From Armatimonadota bacterium (lineage in GTDB: Bacteria; Armatimonadota; Fimbriimonadia; Fimbriimonadales; Fimbriimonadaceae), in contig JANNQV010000065.1 in NCBI GenBank assembly GCA_031400935.1, positions 62,001 through 126,000 of the forward strand: DNA of 64,000 nucleotides. The letters run 5' to 3'. The notes under the pieces were generated by a model. That model searched no databases. It was not told the DNA's origin and saw only the letters and a list, made by a program, of their open reading frames with translations. Position numbers and translations under genes: made by a program. Below are positions 46,480-55,673 of this stretch, piece after piece. Numbering within the stretch: position 1 is the first letter of the stretch; every line of letters begins with the position of its first letter.

Positions 46480-48465
46480 ATGCCTGAAACAAACACCCCC
46501 AACGGATTTGGCGAATTAAATTTGCCTGACCGAATATATCAAACCCTGAACCGACTCCAGTTCCACACTCCAACGCCAATCCAAGCCAAAGCAATACCTG
46601 TCGGCATGAATGGTAGCGACCTCATTGGAATTGCAAAAACCGGCACCGGCAAAACGCTCGCATTTGGGATTCCAATTGCGGTGCGGCTCAAGCCTGGATT
46701 GACTGCCCTCGTTTTAGTTCCCACACGAGAACTTGCGATTCAAGTTCAAGAGAATTTAGGGCAGCTCGGTTTGCGAACTGCCTGCGTCATTGGCGGAGCG
46801 CCAATGCATCGCCAAGTTCGAGAATTGCGCTCAAATCCTGCTGTAATCGTCGCTACTCCGGGCAGGCTTATTGACCATTTGAACCAGCGAACAACGAATT
46901 TGAACCGAGTTTCAATCGTCGTTCTCGACGAAGCCGACCGGATGTTTGACATGGGGTTTGCCCCAGCCGTCCGAAATATCCTTGACCAGATTCCTGCAGG
47001 AAGGCAGACTATGATGTTTTCGGCGACTATGCCGAAGGAAATCTGCGACCTTGCCAACGAGCAGTTGGTGAACCCGGTTCGAGTTGAAATCGAACCTGCT
47101 GGAACGATAACCGATAATGTCGCACAAGAGGTTTGGACTGTTCCCTTCGAGCAGAAACAAGCAACTCTGGAGCACATTTTGTACGAGCACAAAGGCTCAA
47201 TTCTCGTATTTACCCGAACTCGGCACGGCGCAAGAAAACTGGCGAAATCCATTCGAGTGCTAGGTTTTTCGGCGGACGAAATTCACTCTGACCGAACTCT
47301 AAATCAGCGCCAAAGCGCAATGTATAGCTTCAAAACAGGAGCAATTCGAATTCTCGTCGCAACAGATATTGCGGCGCGAGGAATTGACGTCAAGGAGATC
47401 GGCCTAGTCCTGAACTTTGACGTTCCCGAAAACCCAGAAGACTACATCCACCGAATCGGCAGAACTGGTAGAGCTGGAAGTTCGGGTCGGGCCATAACAC
47501 TGGCAACACCTCAGCAACACCGAGACATTAAGGACATCGAACGGCTTCTGAAAGCTCCGTTGCCTCGATTCAATGCAAGCGGAATTGCCGAGAAGCCGAG
47601 AGTTGAGGAATCGTCTGAAAGGCGTCCAAACCGAAATTCTCGAAATGATCGCCAGGATTCAAGACCTGCTCCGCGAATCGAGCGACCAGAAGCAACCCAG
47701 GATCCATCCCAACAGCCAGCATTTGAAGGCCAACGGCAACAACGAACAGATTCACGGCCAGCTTCAAACAATCGGAGTTTTCAACCTAGATCAAGTTCAA
47801 ACCATCATCCACGGTCAACTTCAAATGCAAAGCGCTCAGGAAAACCGACTTGGAAGCGAAACGATGGTCGTGCAGCCCAGCCAGATCGAAATGGCGCGAT
47901 GAAGGCTGAAGCACAATTTGAGCAGCCAAACTTCTCAGACAATCGAGATTCCAGGCCGAATTTTTCTGACAATCGTCCTCAAAGGCCGAACTATTCGGAT
48001 AATCGAGATTCTCGGAATTCAAATTCCGATAATCGTCCTCAAAGACCGAACTATTCGGATAACCGAGATTCACGAAACTCAAATTCCGACAACCGCCCAC
48101 AAAGGCCGAACTTCTCGGATAACCGAGACTCACGAAACTCAAATTCCGATAATCGTCCTCAAAGACCGAACTACACGGATAACCGAGATGCAAGACCTTT
48201 CAACTCGGACAGCAGACCACAAAGGTCAAATTATTCAGATAGTCGAAGTCCCAATCCGTCTAGCGGCGAGAATCGAACTCCGAACCAAGATAAGCCTTGG
48301 TCAGACAATCGGCCACAGCCGCCAAAAGCCTTCAGAAAGGCTAAAAAGGCAAAGTCTCATGTTGCCAGGCAGTTGATTGCCAACAAGAGCAAATCGAAGG
48401 GCCCAAGCCGATTTGAGCGAGTATTGAGTGCATCCAAAGCTGGCAAGCCTGCAAAGAGAAAATAG
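46480..48465 (+). CDS. DEAD-box RNA helicase with a long repetitive C-terminal tail
   Basis: Q motif PTPIQ, AKTGTGKT, PTRELA, TPGR, DEAD, SAT, ARGID, HRIGRTGR. Confidence 0.96.
   Translation: MPETNTPNGFGELNLPDRIYQTLNRLQFHTPTPIQAKAIPVGMNGSDLIGIAKTGTGKTLAFGIPIAVRLKPGLTALVLVPTRELAIQVQENLGQLGLRTACVIGGAPMHRQVRELRSNPAVIVATPGRLIDHLNQRTTNLNRVSIVVLDEADRMFDMGFAPAVRNILDQIPAGRQTMMFSATMPKEICDLANEQLVNPVRVEIEPAGTITDNVAQEVWTVPFEQKQATLEHILYEHKGSILVFTRTRHGARKLAKSIRVLGFSADEIHSDRTLNQRQSAMYSFKTGAIRILVATDIAARGIDVKEIGLVLNFDVPENPEDYIHRIGRTGRAGSSGRAITLATPQQHRDIKDIERLLKAPLPRFNASGIAEKPRVEESSERRPNRNSRNDRQDSRPAPRIERPEATQDPSQQPAFEGQRQQRTDSRPASNNRSFQPRSSSNHHPRSTSNAKRSGKPTWKRNDGRAAQPDRNGAMKAEAQFEQPNFSDNRDSRPNFSDNRPQRPNYSDNRDSRNSNSDNRPQRPNYSDNRDSRNSNSDNRPQRPNFSDNRDSRNSNSDNRPQRPNYTDNRDARPFNSDSRPQRSNYSDSRSPNPSSGENRTPNQDKPWSDNRPQPPKAFRKAKKAKSHVARQLIANKSKSKGPSRFERVLSASKAGKPAKRK
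47928..48240 (+). repeat. Coding tandem repeat with a 60-bp period (30-bp subunits)
   Basis: About five copies encoding N(Y/F)SDNRDSRNSNSDNRPQRP. Confidence 0.9.
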
Positions 48466-48546
48466 GGGATTCGGGATTCGGGAATCGGCACTCGGAATGC
48501 ATGGATGCGTTACAATCCAAAATCCAAAATCTACAATCCAAAATCC
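48466..48546. repeat. Bipartite heptamer repeats (GGATTCG units, then AATCCAA units)
   Basis: gggattcgggattcgggaatcgg ... acaatccaaaatccaaaatctacaatccaaaatcc. Confidence 0.75.
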
Positions 48547-48570
48547 CCCCATCTCCGGTAAAGTTATCAA

Positions 48571-49416
48571 ATGCCGTCCCACCTTCTCGGAGCTCATATG
48601 CCCGCTGGAAAGGGGATCGGCAACGCGTTACGAGAAGGCAAGAGGATTGGATGCAACGCGGTCCAAGTCTTCACAAGCAGCCCGCAAATGTGGAAGGCTT
48701 CGCCCCCAACTCCCGAAAAGATTCAAGATTTTCAGAAGGCAAAAGTTGAGACCGGAATTGAAATCGTCGTTTCCCACGACAGCTACCTAGTTAATTTTTG
48801 TGCTACGAACCCAGAAATCAAAGAAAAGAGCCTCGCTGGATTGAAGGCCGAGATTCAGCGATGCGCCGACTATGGAATCGGTTTTGTTGTTTCGCACATG
48901 GGATCGCACCTTGATCAAGGCGAGGAAGAAGGACTTCGAATCGTTGCGGAAAGCGCCCTCGAAGTTCTCGCGGAGACGCCTGAATCCGTCATGCTGCTCG
49001 CCGAAACAACAGCCGGACAAGGAAGCGCTCTCGATTACAAATTCGAACACCTTGCGATGCTTTTTGAACTCTTGAAAGGTCATCCGCGCCTCGGTGTTTG
49101 CCTCGATACTTGCCACATTTTTGCGGCTGGTTACGAAATTCGAACTCCAGAGACTTACGAATCCACATTTGCTGAATTTGACCGGTTAGTCGGAATCGAG
49201 AAAATCAAAGCGATTCATTGCAACGATAGCAAAATGCCGTTCGCATCCAAAAAAGATCGCCACAATCACATCGGCGAAGGGGAAATTGGGATGGAAGCGT
49301 TTCGATGTTTGGTCAATGATCCTAGATTTTTCAATGTTCCAATTCTGTTAGAGACTCCGGAAGCTGAAACGGAGCATGAGCGGAATTTGGCGACGCTAAA
49401 GTCGCTGTGTAAATAG
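48571..49416 (+). CDS. nfo: Endonuclease IV
   Basis: LGAH, HDSYLVN, ETTAGQG, CLDTCH, HCNDS, DRH..IGEG, ILLETP. Confidence 0.95.
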   Translation: MPSHLLGAHMPAGKGIGNALREGKRIGCNAVQVFTSSPQMWKASPPTPEKIQDFQKAKVETGIEIVVSHDSYLVNFCATNPEIKEKSLAGLKAEIQRCADYGIGFVVSHMGSHLDQGEEEGLRIVAESALEVLAETPESVMLLAETTAGQGSALDYKFEHLAMLFELLKGHPRLGVCLDTCHIFAAGYEIRTPETYESTFAEFDRLVGIEKIKAIHCNDSKMPFASKKDRHNHIGEGEIGMEAFRCLVNDPRFFNVPILLETPEAETEHERNLATLKSLCK

Positions 49417-49504
49417 CATCGCATTTCGGTTCACCGCCACACGAACATCGCCCTTCCTTGTCCCATCACGGCAGAAGGAATTGGACCTGGCATGAAAGTG
49501 AAGG

Positions 49505-50452
49505 CTAATAGCCCGAGTCCAGATTTCCTTCCGATTCAAGAACCTCAATCCCCCTCAACCGACGAATTCTTTCGTCTGTCGGCGGATGCGTGCTAAAGAC
49601 GCTTGTTAGCGACCGCTGTTCAGGATGGAGTGGATTGATAATGTACAAGTGCTGCGTCGCCCTGTTAGCGACCTCCAACGGCTCTCTATCAAGCGCGATC
49701 TTCTCAAGAGCCGAGGCGAGCCCTTCGGGATAGCGAGTGAGCTCAGCGGCGCTTGCATCAGCGAGATACTCCCTTTGACGACTTACGGCAAGCTCAAGCA
49801 GCTTCGACAAGATCGGGGCAATGATTGACAGCACGATCACCAAAACTAGAAAGACAATCTGAAGCTGCCCGTTGTCCTTATCTCGGCTACGACTCCGACC
49901 TCCGCCGTACCAGAGCATTCTGCGCATCCAGTCAGCCAGCAAGGGAATCAGTCCGGCCACCATCGCTAAGGTAGTCATCAGCCGAATATCATAGTTCCGA
50001 ATGTGCGATATCTCGTGCGCCATCACGCCCTGAAGCTCTTCTCGGTTCAACTTCTCAATGATTCCAGTTGAAAACACAACCACAGCGTGTTCAGGGTCTG
50101 GGCCGGTTGCGAATGCGTTTGGAGCCGAATCGTCAATAACAAGCACCCTCGGCTTGGGAATTCCGGCGGCAATCGCCATTTCCTCGGCGACGTTTTCCAA
50201 TATCTGGCCGGAAAGTCCGTCAGGCTCGTGAGCGCCAGACATACGTAAAATGATTCCGGGTCCCGCATACCGAGCGACGATTGCGCTGATGATTCCTGCC
50301 ATTCCAGCTAGCGCGGCGCCAATCATCCAAGAATCGGGATCGTAATATCCTGCAATGACCGCACCCATCAATGTCAGCAACATCGCGAGAAGCGCAACGT
50401 AGAATGCACTCGCTCGCTTGTTGCGGGCGATCTGTTCGGGAATATTTTGCAT
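49505..50452 (-). CDS. htpX: M48 zinc metalloprotease HtpX
   Basis: PNAFATG, AHEISH, SRQREYLAD, LASALEKI, STHPP...RI; start MQNIP. Confidence 0.9.
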   Translation of the reverse strand: MQNIPEQIARNKRASAFYVALLAMLLTLMGAVIAGYYDPDSWMIGAALAGMAGIISAIVARYAGPGIILRMSGAHEPDGLSGQILENVAEEMAIAAGIPKPRVLVIDDSAPNAFATGPDPEHAVVVFSTGIIEKLNREELQGVMAHEISHIRNYDIRLMTTLAMVAGLIPLLADWMRRMLWYGGGRSRSRDKDNGQLQIVFLVLVIVLSIIAPILSKLLELAVSRQREYLADASAAELTRYPEGLASALEKIALDREPLEVANRATQHLYIINPLHPEQRSLTSVFSTHPPTDERIRRLRGIEVLESEGNLDSGY

Positions 50453-50552
50453 CGGGCAGGGTCTTCTGTGATATACGTTGGAAATGCTTAACTGGATGCG
50501 AATGCAGTGGAACTCACTACTAGGACAACTTCTTTCACAATATTGAACAAAT

Positions 50553-50966
50553 ATGGTTATTGTAAATTGGAAAGGCGAGCAAGTATTTGAGGCAGACACC
50601 CCGACAGGCAGCAAAGTTGTGATGGATGCGTACCCAGATCAGCTCGGCACGGCAAAGGGTGCCACTCCGGTAGAGACATTCCTGTCCGCAATTGCAGCAT
50701 GCACTGCCATGGATGTGGTTTCCATTCTTGAAAAGAAGAGGCAAGTCGTCACCTCCTATCGCGTTGAAATTGATGGGGAAAGAACACCCCAAGGTGAGTT
50801 CCCTCGGCCGTTTCAATCAATAAAAGTACGGCACATATTGACTGGAGAAAACTTAGACCCCAATGCAGTAGACCGCGCGGTAAAGCTAAGCGATGAAAAG
50901 TATTGCTCGATTAGCGCAACGGTTCGGGCGGCTCCCCCAATCATCACTGAATGGAAGATTGAGTGA
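50553..50966 (+). CDS. OsmC family protein (YhfA-like)
   Basis: G.TP.E....IAACTAMDV..IL.K, SDEKYCSI. Confidence 0.9.
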   Translation: MVIVNWKGEQVFEADTPTGSKVVMDAYPDQLGTAKGATPVETFLSAIAACTAMDVVSILEKKRQVVTSYRVEIDGERTPQGEFPRPFQSIKVRHILTGENLDPNAVDRAVKLSDEKYCSISATVRAAPPIITEWKIE

Positions 50967-51013
50967 GGATGCAAGGATTCTAGGGTGCTGTGCGAACAAA
51001 ACCGAACTAATAC

Positions 51014-51952
51014 TTATCTGAATATTCGGAATCCGAAAATTCCTTCGCTAAGCGACCTTTGGATAAAGAAAGCTGCATTCACAAAAGTACCAATATCTTG
51101 AATGTTTGGCGTCTTGTTAAATGAAACATAAACCATGTCTCCAGCGATAAGCTCAATGTTTTCGGGCCCAATCCGCTTATCCTTAAATTTCACCATGTTA
51201 AATGTCAATCGGCTGACATAGTTTGGCTGACCCAATTGAGGTCGGATCACGTAAATCTCGCTCACTTTTGATCGGCCAGGAATATCACCTCGTGCCATAG
51301 AAAGAGCATCCATGACTCTCATTCCTGCACGAAATGGATAGGTGTTGGGTGCCTGAACTGCTCCCATTACACTAATCGTATTGGATAGGCCGCTAGTCAC
51401 ATCGTCCGGCACCGTCAAAATGTCGCCGTCTTCGATCACATAATCTTGGCTGGCATCGCCGTTCTGCATAGCTTGCAAGTCAACCGGAATAACTTCTTTA
51501 GAATTAGCACGACGGAAAGTTGCGCGGCGAATAATCGCTCGATCCACGACAGGGCTTCCACCAAAGCCTAACAGTGCCATGATCGTGTCTCCAGGACGCA
51601 TTTCATAAGTGCCTGGGCGGTTTACGGCTCCACTTACGGTTGCCCGAACAGTTCGGTATCGAAAAATAGTTACGGAAACTTTTGGGTTCCGAAGTTGAAG
51701 CTTCTCTTTGTAAAGGCGAATCAAGTCGGCTTCAATGTCTGATGTTGTTCTTCCCTCAGCCTGCAATACTCCGACAAACGGCGCCGAGATGTTGCCATCG
51801 GGGCCAACGGGCACCTGAGAAGTAATCTGTGTTTCGCCGTATACCGCAATTACAAGAATATCGTCTGGCTTCAAGCGATACGTGCCCGATTGACCAAGCG
51901 CCCCTGCAACGCATACCAGCATCAACATTACGATTATTCCAAATCTAGCCAT
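51014..51952 (-). CDS. Polysaccharide biosynthesis/export protein (Wza-like, SLBB repeats)
   Basis: Signal peptide; YRL.PDD.L, VGPDGNIS.PFVG, GAV.RPG.Y, GD...V. Confidence 0.85.
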   Translation of the reverse strand: MARFGIIVMLMLVCVAGALGQSGTYRLKPDDILVIAVYGETQITSQVPVGPDGNISAPFVGVLQAEGRTTSDIEADLIRLYKEKLQLRNPKVSVTIFRYRTVRATVSGAVNRPGTYEMRPGDTIMALLGFGGSPVVDRAIIRRATFRRANSKEVIPVDLQAMQNGDASQDYVIEDGDILTVPDDVTSGLSNTISVMGAVQAPNTYPFRAGMRVMDALSMARGDIPGRSKVSEIYVIRPQLGQPNYVSRLTFNMVKFKDKRIGPENIELIAGDMVYVSFNKTPNIQDIGTFVNAAFFIQRSLSEGIFGFRIFR

Positions 51953-52016
51953 TCTATAAATCCTTAAAAAGCGCACTTTTTTGCGCTTAGGCGTGCCAAT
52001 TATACTTCAACTCACG

Positions 52017-52706
52017 TTATTCATCGGCAATTCGTCGCACACCTTCGATCACAATTGTGAATTCTCCCTTGCGAGGAACCTGTTTCTCTGTTGGTATTAT
52101 CGGCAACTTTTCTCGAAACACCTGCTGATGAACTTTAGTTAGTTCCCTGCATATCGCATAATTTCTTGCCCCCAAAGCTTCATAGGCGCAAAAAAGCAGA
52201 TTTTCTATCCGATGTTGCGATTCAAAGGCGATTAGGGTTAGGGGGGAATCCTTAAAAAATGAAAACTCCTTCTTCATGGGCCCCGGCTTGCGCGGGAGGA
52301 AGCCCAAAAAGGCAAATCTCTGCCCAAAGAACCCACTAAGAGTCAATGCCAGAATCGGTGCAGACGGTCCAGGAGTAGCTTCGATTTCAATTCCCAGCGC
52401 TACACATGCTTGGACGACAAGCGTACCTGGATCGCTGACTACGGGACTTCCGCCATCCGTTATTAGCGCAGCTGACTTTCCGCTAACGATTTCAGCAACA
52501 TATTTTGCAATCGTAGCTCCCGAAGTATGCTCGTTGCATACCGACATTGGCTTTCGGATTCCAAAATGGGATTGAAGCTTTCCCGAAATCCGAGTATCTT
52601 CGACGATCCAAAAATCAGCCAGTTTGAGAGCCTCTTCCGCCCGAAACGTAAGATCGCCAAGGTTCCCAATAGGCGTTGCAATTAGGGTTAGCTTGCCGTT
52701 TTCCAT
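52017..52706 (-). CDS. rsmI: 16S rRNA C1402 2'-O-methyltransferase
   Basis: IATPIGNLGD, EDTR, DGG.P.VSDPG, RELTK.H, KGEF. Confidence 0.95.
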   Translation of the reverse strand: MENGKLTLIATPIGNLGDLTFRAEEALKLADFWIVEDTRISGKLQSHFGIRKPMSVCNEHTSGATIAKYVAEIVSGKSAALITDGGSPVVSDPGTLVVQACVALGIEIEATPGPSAPILALTLSGFFGQRFAFLGFLPRKPGPMKKEFSFFKDSPLTLIAFESQHRIENLLFCAYEALGARNYAICRELTKVHQQVFREKLPIIPTEKQVPRKGEFTIVIEGVRRIADE

Positions 52707-52762
52707 TGCGACCTAATTTTGGGAGTACTCACGAAAAACACTCCCAAACCAATTCCAAGACA

Positions 52763-54895
52763 TCAATTGCCCGATTTGCCAGTTGGATTCAAAAGGTCGC
52801 TGCTACCTGGCGCAGATGGTGTTTTCTGCTTCGAATCAGGCTTGGGAGCACTCTTAGCGAGTTCTGCATCGTATGCCTTTTTCTTTTCCCTCCATTTGCC
52901 CTGGAGAGCCAACAGATCGTCTCGTTCCTTTGCCGTGATATAGTTGGCCTTAAAGAACCGGTCAATCCGAGCATTTATGTTTGAAAACTCTGCTTGGCCC
53001 GGCTCCGAATAGTCTTCGTTTAGTGCGATTGCAGCCTTCACATCAACTGCCACATTTTGCTTCCACTTATTCAACTCAGTTCGTAATCCTTTGGCAACAT
53101 CTGACTTAAAGTAGCCTGCCTTTTCAAACCGGTCAACATTTGCCAATTGAGCCTCAAACTCAGCTTCGCCAGCATCAGAATGGTCGGTATTTCCTTCTGC
53201 AGCCAACTTAATCTCTTCCTTCAAGTCTGACTCCCAACGCGCATAAAGATTGCGCAAATCTTGAATCTGGTCTGGCTTTGCAATGTTAGCTGCAACCAGT
53301 CGCTCGATGAGAATTTTTTGAGATTTGTGCTGGTTTTCAGCTTCAGGAGAGCTTCCTGAAGTCAAATCCATGGCCCCCGTCAATGCTTGGACGACCACGT
53401 CAGCGTCCTTTTGCTCCAAAGCAAGCTTTGCAAGCTCATGAGAGCTTTCGATATGCGGGGCTGCTTCCAAAACTTTTGCCATCAGTTCCAGGCGTTCGGC
53501 GGCCAATTCCTTCATTTCTTCCGGAGAAAGTGAATCGAAATAGTCCTTAAAAATAGCGTATTGCGCGATTGAAAGAACTGTTTCGCCAAGAATTGGTTCC
53601 TCCAAGTTCTTCACAGCCTCGTACGATTTTTTTAGACTTTCCTTACGCTTTGCCTTGTCAGCGGAAATCTCGGGATCAGACATGGCGACTCGCCAATCAA
53701 CAAGCTCCTTGAGCACTTTACTGTCATATTTGACATCCTTCAGTCGCTTTCGAAGATCTTCGCTTGCAGCCTTATTTGCCAATTCGTTGATTCTGCCTTC
53801 GCGAATCGTAACTTTTGATTTTTCAAAGTCGGCTGGGATTTTTGACTGAATCTTGTAAAGTTTGTAAATCGCAGGACCAGATGATGTTTGAAGAATTGCT
53901 GAGACTTCGCCTAGCTTTAGTTTCAAAATTGGTTCTAAAGCTTTATCAAAAGTCAAAATTGAATACTGTAGGTCAACCGTAGATTCGCCCTTAGTTTTCA
54001 TCGTTGCAGGTTTTGGATCGTCTGAAAACTTGCCCATTGCGTCTTCAAAGCTCATTCCACCTTTCAGTGCCGCTTGGGCGTCGGCGAGCAGTTTGTCCTG
54101 GCTTGCCTTTGAAATCGCTTCCCACTTGCCGTTAACCTGTTTGTTCGAATAAGCGATGATACGCTTGGTTGTATATGTGTCAAACCCTTTTTTCAGGTCC
54201 GCGTCGGTCAGATTGATGGACGACTTGTACGAGTTCGTGACCTTCTTTCCTAAAGTGGAGAAAGCGAGATCGGCCCGCTGTCCAGGGTCTGCAATTGCCT
54301 TTTCCAAATCTGCGTCAATTTGTTTTTTGACATCCGCAAGTGATCTGCCAGCTTGAATTTCGTATGCTGATGCAAAATCGGCTTCCGTGGCATCGGACTT
54401 TAGGAGCTTGCTCTGAATCATTTGCATCTTGTATTGCAAAAGCGAGGAATCAACAGATGCTCTTTGTTCATCTCGAATTTCCTGGTCTGAAACCGACAGC
54501 CCCTTTTCACTCGCAATAGATTGAACTAGTGCACGGCTGACCAGGCTTTGAGCCACATTTGCATACATCAGGCCAGTCGTTGCCGGGTCGGTTGAACCAC
54601 CCATAGACTGAACTTGCCTCTCGATCAGAGTCGAAAACTCTTTCAAAGTTACGCTTGCGGCACCTATTTTGGCGAGCACAACCTTGCTTCCTTCATCTTG
54701 CGTAGAGTTTGGGTCGTTGCCGCACGAACGTAAATTAAACAGGCTGAACACCATAACGACCATTAGGGCAATCCCGACGGCAAGGCCGCAGCCACTCTTT
54801 TCAAGAAACGATCTCGCTGTACTTATGGACACAATAACACCTTGAACAATGAAATGCTTCGCATCGTTCGCAATTTTCGAAAAAGCGTTCAACAA
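52763..54895 (-). CDS. Membrane-anchored SurA/PrsA-like chaperone (SurA N-domain, parvulin-like region, helical extension)
   Basis: N-terminal TM; 'A.EKGLSVSDQEI'; 'SFEDAMGKFSDD'; 'LKLGEVS.ILQT..G..IYK'. Start may be the GTG at 54832. Confidence 0.7.
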   Translation of the reverse strand: MLNAFSKIANDAKHFIVQGVIVSISTARSFLEKSGCGLAVGIALMVVMVFSLFNLRSCGNDPNSTQDEGSKVVLAKIGAASVTLKEFSTLIERQVQSMGGSTDPATTGLMYANVAQSLVSRALVQSIASEKGLSVSDQEIRDEQRASVDSSLLQYKMQMIQSKLLKSDATEADFASAYEIQAGRSLADVKKQIDADLEKAIADPGQRADLAFSTLGKKVTNSYKSSINLTDADLKKGFDTYTTKRIIAYSNKQVNGKWEAISKASQDKLLADAQAALKGGMSFEDAMGKFSDDPKPATMKTKGESTVDLQYSILTFDKALEPILKLKLGEVSAILQTSSGPAIYKLYKIQSKIPADFEKSKVTIREGRINELANKAASEDLRKRLKDVKYDSKVLKELVDWRVAMSDPEISADKAKRKESLKKSYEAVKNLEEPILGETVLSIAQYAIFKDYFDSLSPEEMKELAAERLELMAKVLEAAPHIESSHELAKLALEQKDADVVVQALTGAMDLTSGSSPEAENQHKSQKILIERLVAANIAKPDQIQDLRNLYARWESDLKEEIKLAAEGNTDHSDAGEAEFEAQLANVDRFEKAGYFKSDVAKGLRTELNKWKQNVAVDVKAAIALNEDYSEPGQAEFSNINARIDRFFKANYITAKERDDLLALQGKWREKKKAYDAELAKSAPKPDSKQKTPSAPGSSDLLNPTGKSGN

Positions 54896-54987
54896 TGCAA
54901 ATGGCCGAGCGAATCATCGCTACAACCAGGGCAAAGTATGACATGATTGGCCGAATTTGACCATATTTGTTTTGAATGTGCATACTA

Positions 54988-55021
54988 TAGTAGACAAATT
55001 GGGTGTATAATTCGTCTACAA
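54988..55021. promoter_or_regulatory. Candidate LexA operator region
   Basis: TAGTAGACAA and TCGTCTACAA (GTAGAC-N18-GTCTAC inverted pair) flanking a TATAAT just upstream of lexA. Confidence 0.5.
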
Positions 55022-55043
55022 TCGTGAAGGAAGTGATTGTGCT

Positions 55044-55673
55044 ATGGCAAAAGGATTAACCAAACGACAAGAAATGATTCTGCATTATGTGATTGATTAC
55101 GTTCAGCGCATAGGGTATCCGCCCTCCATTCGTGAAATTGGTGCCGACTTTGGCATCGGGTCTCTTCGGGGCGTAACCGTTCATCTTGATGCTTTGGCGC
55201 GAAAGGGATACATAACGCGATCAAACACGCCCCGCTCGATCAAGGTGATTCACCCCCAAATGCAGGTCAACAACCGGGTCATTATGTTGCCGCTGATTGG
55301 CACCATTGCCGCGGGCGTACCCATTTTGGCTCAGGAAAGCGTTGAAGACACGCTTCCAGTGCCGTACGAAATGGTTCGGAACATAAACGATGCTTTCTTG
55401 CTTCGTGTAAAAGGTGATTCGATGATCGGCGATGGCATCATGGCTCGTGATCTCGTCGTAATCAAACCCCAACAAACCGCAAGCAATAACGAAATCGTGG
55501 CAGTAATGATCGAAGATGAAGCAACTGTGAAGAGATTCACAAGAGATTCGAAGGGCATCGCTCTCATGCCCAGCAATGAAGCCTACGAGCCGATCCGCAT
55601 CGAAACGGAAAATGCGAGAATCATCGGGAAGGTCGTTGGCCTGATTCGAGACTATACGGGCTCATCTTTTTGA
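55044..55673 (+). CDS. lexA: SOS repressor LexA
   Basis: LTKRQ, GYPPSIREI, IAAG cleavage site, V.GDSM, ATVKR. Confidence 0.96.
   Translation: MAKGLTKRQEMILHYVIDYVQRIGYPPSIREIGADFGIGSLRGVTVHLDALARKGYITRSNTPRSIKVIHPQMQVNNRVIMLPLIGTIAAGVPILAQESVEDTLPVPYEMVRNINDAFLLRVKGDSMIGDGIMARDLVVIKPQQTASNNEIVAVMIEDEATVKRFTRDSKGIALMPSNEAYEPIRIETENARIIGKVVGLIRDYTGSSF

Noticed and set aside
47928..48240. Possible CRISPR array (regular ~60-bp periodicity)
   Set aside because: There are no unique spacers, the repeats are in frame inside the helicase CDS with codon-position variation, and no cas genes are present.
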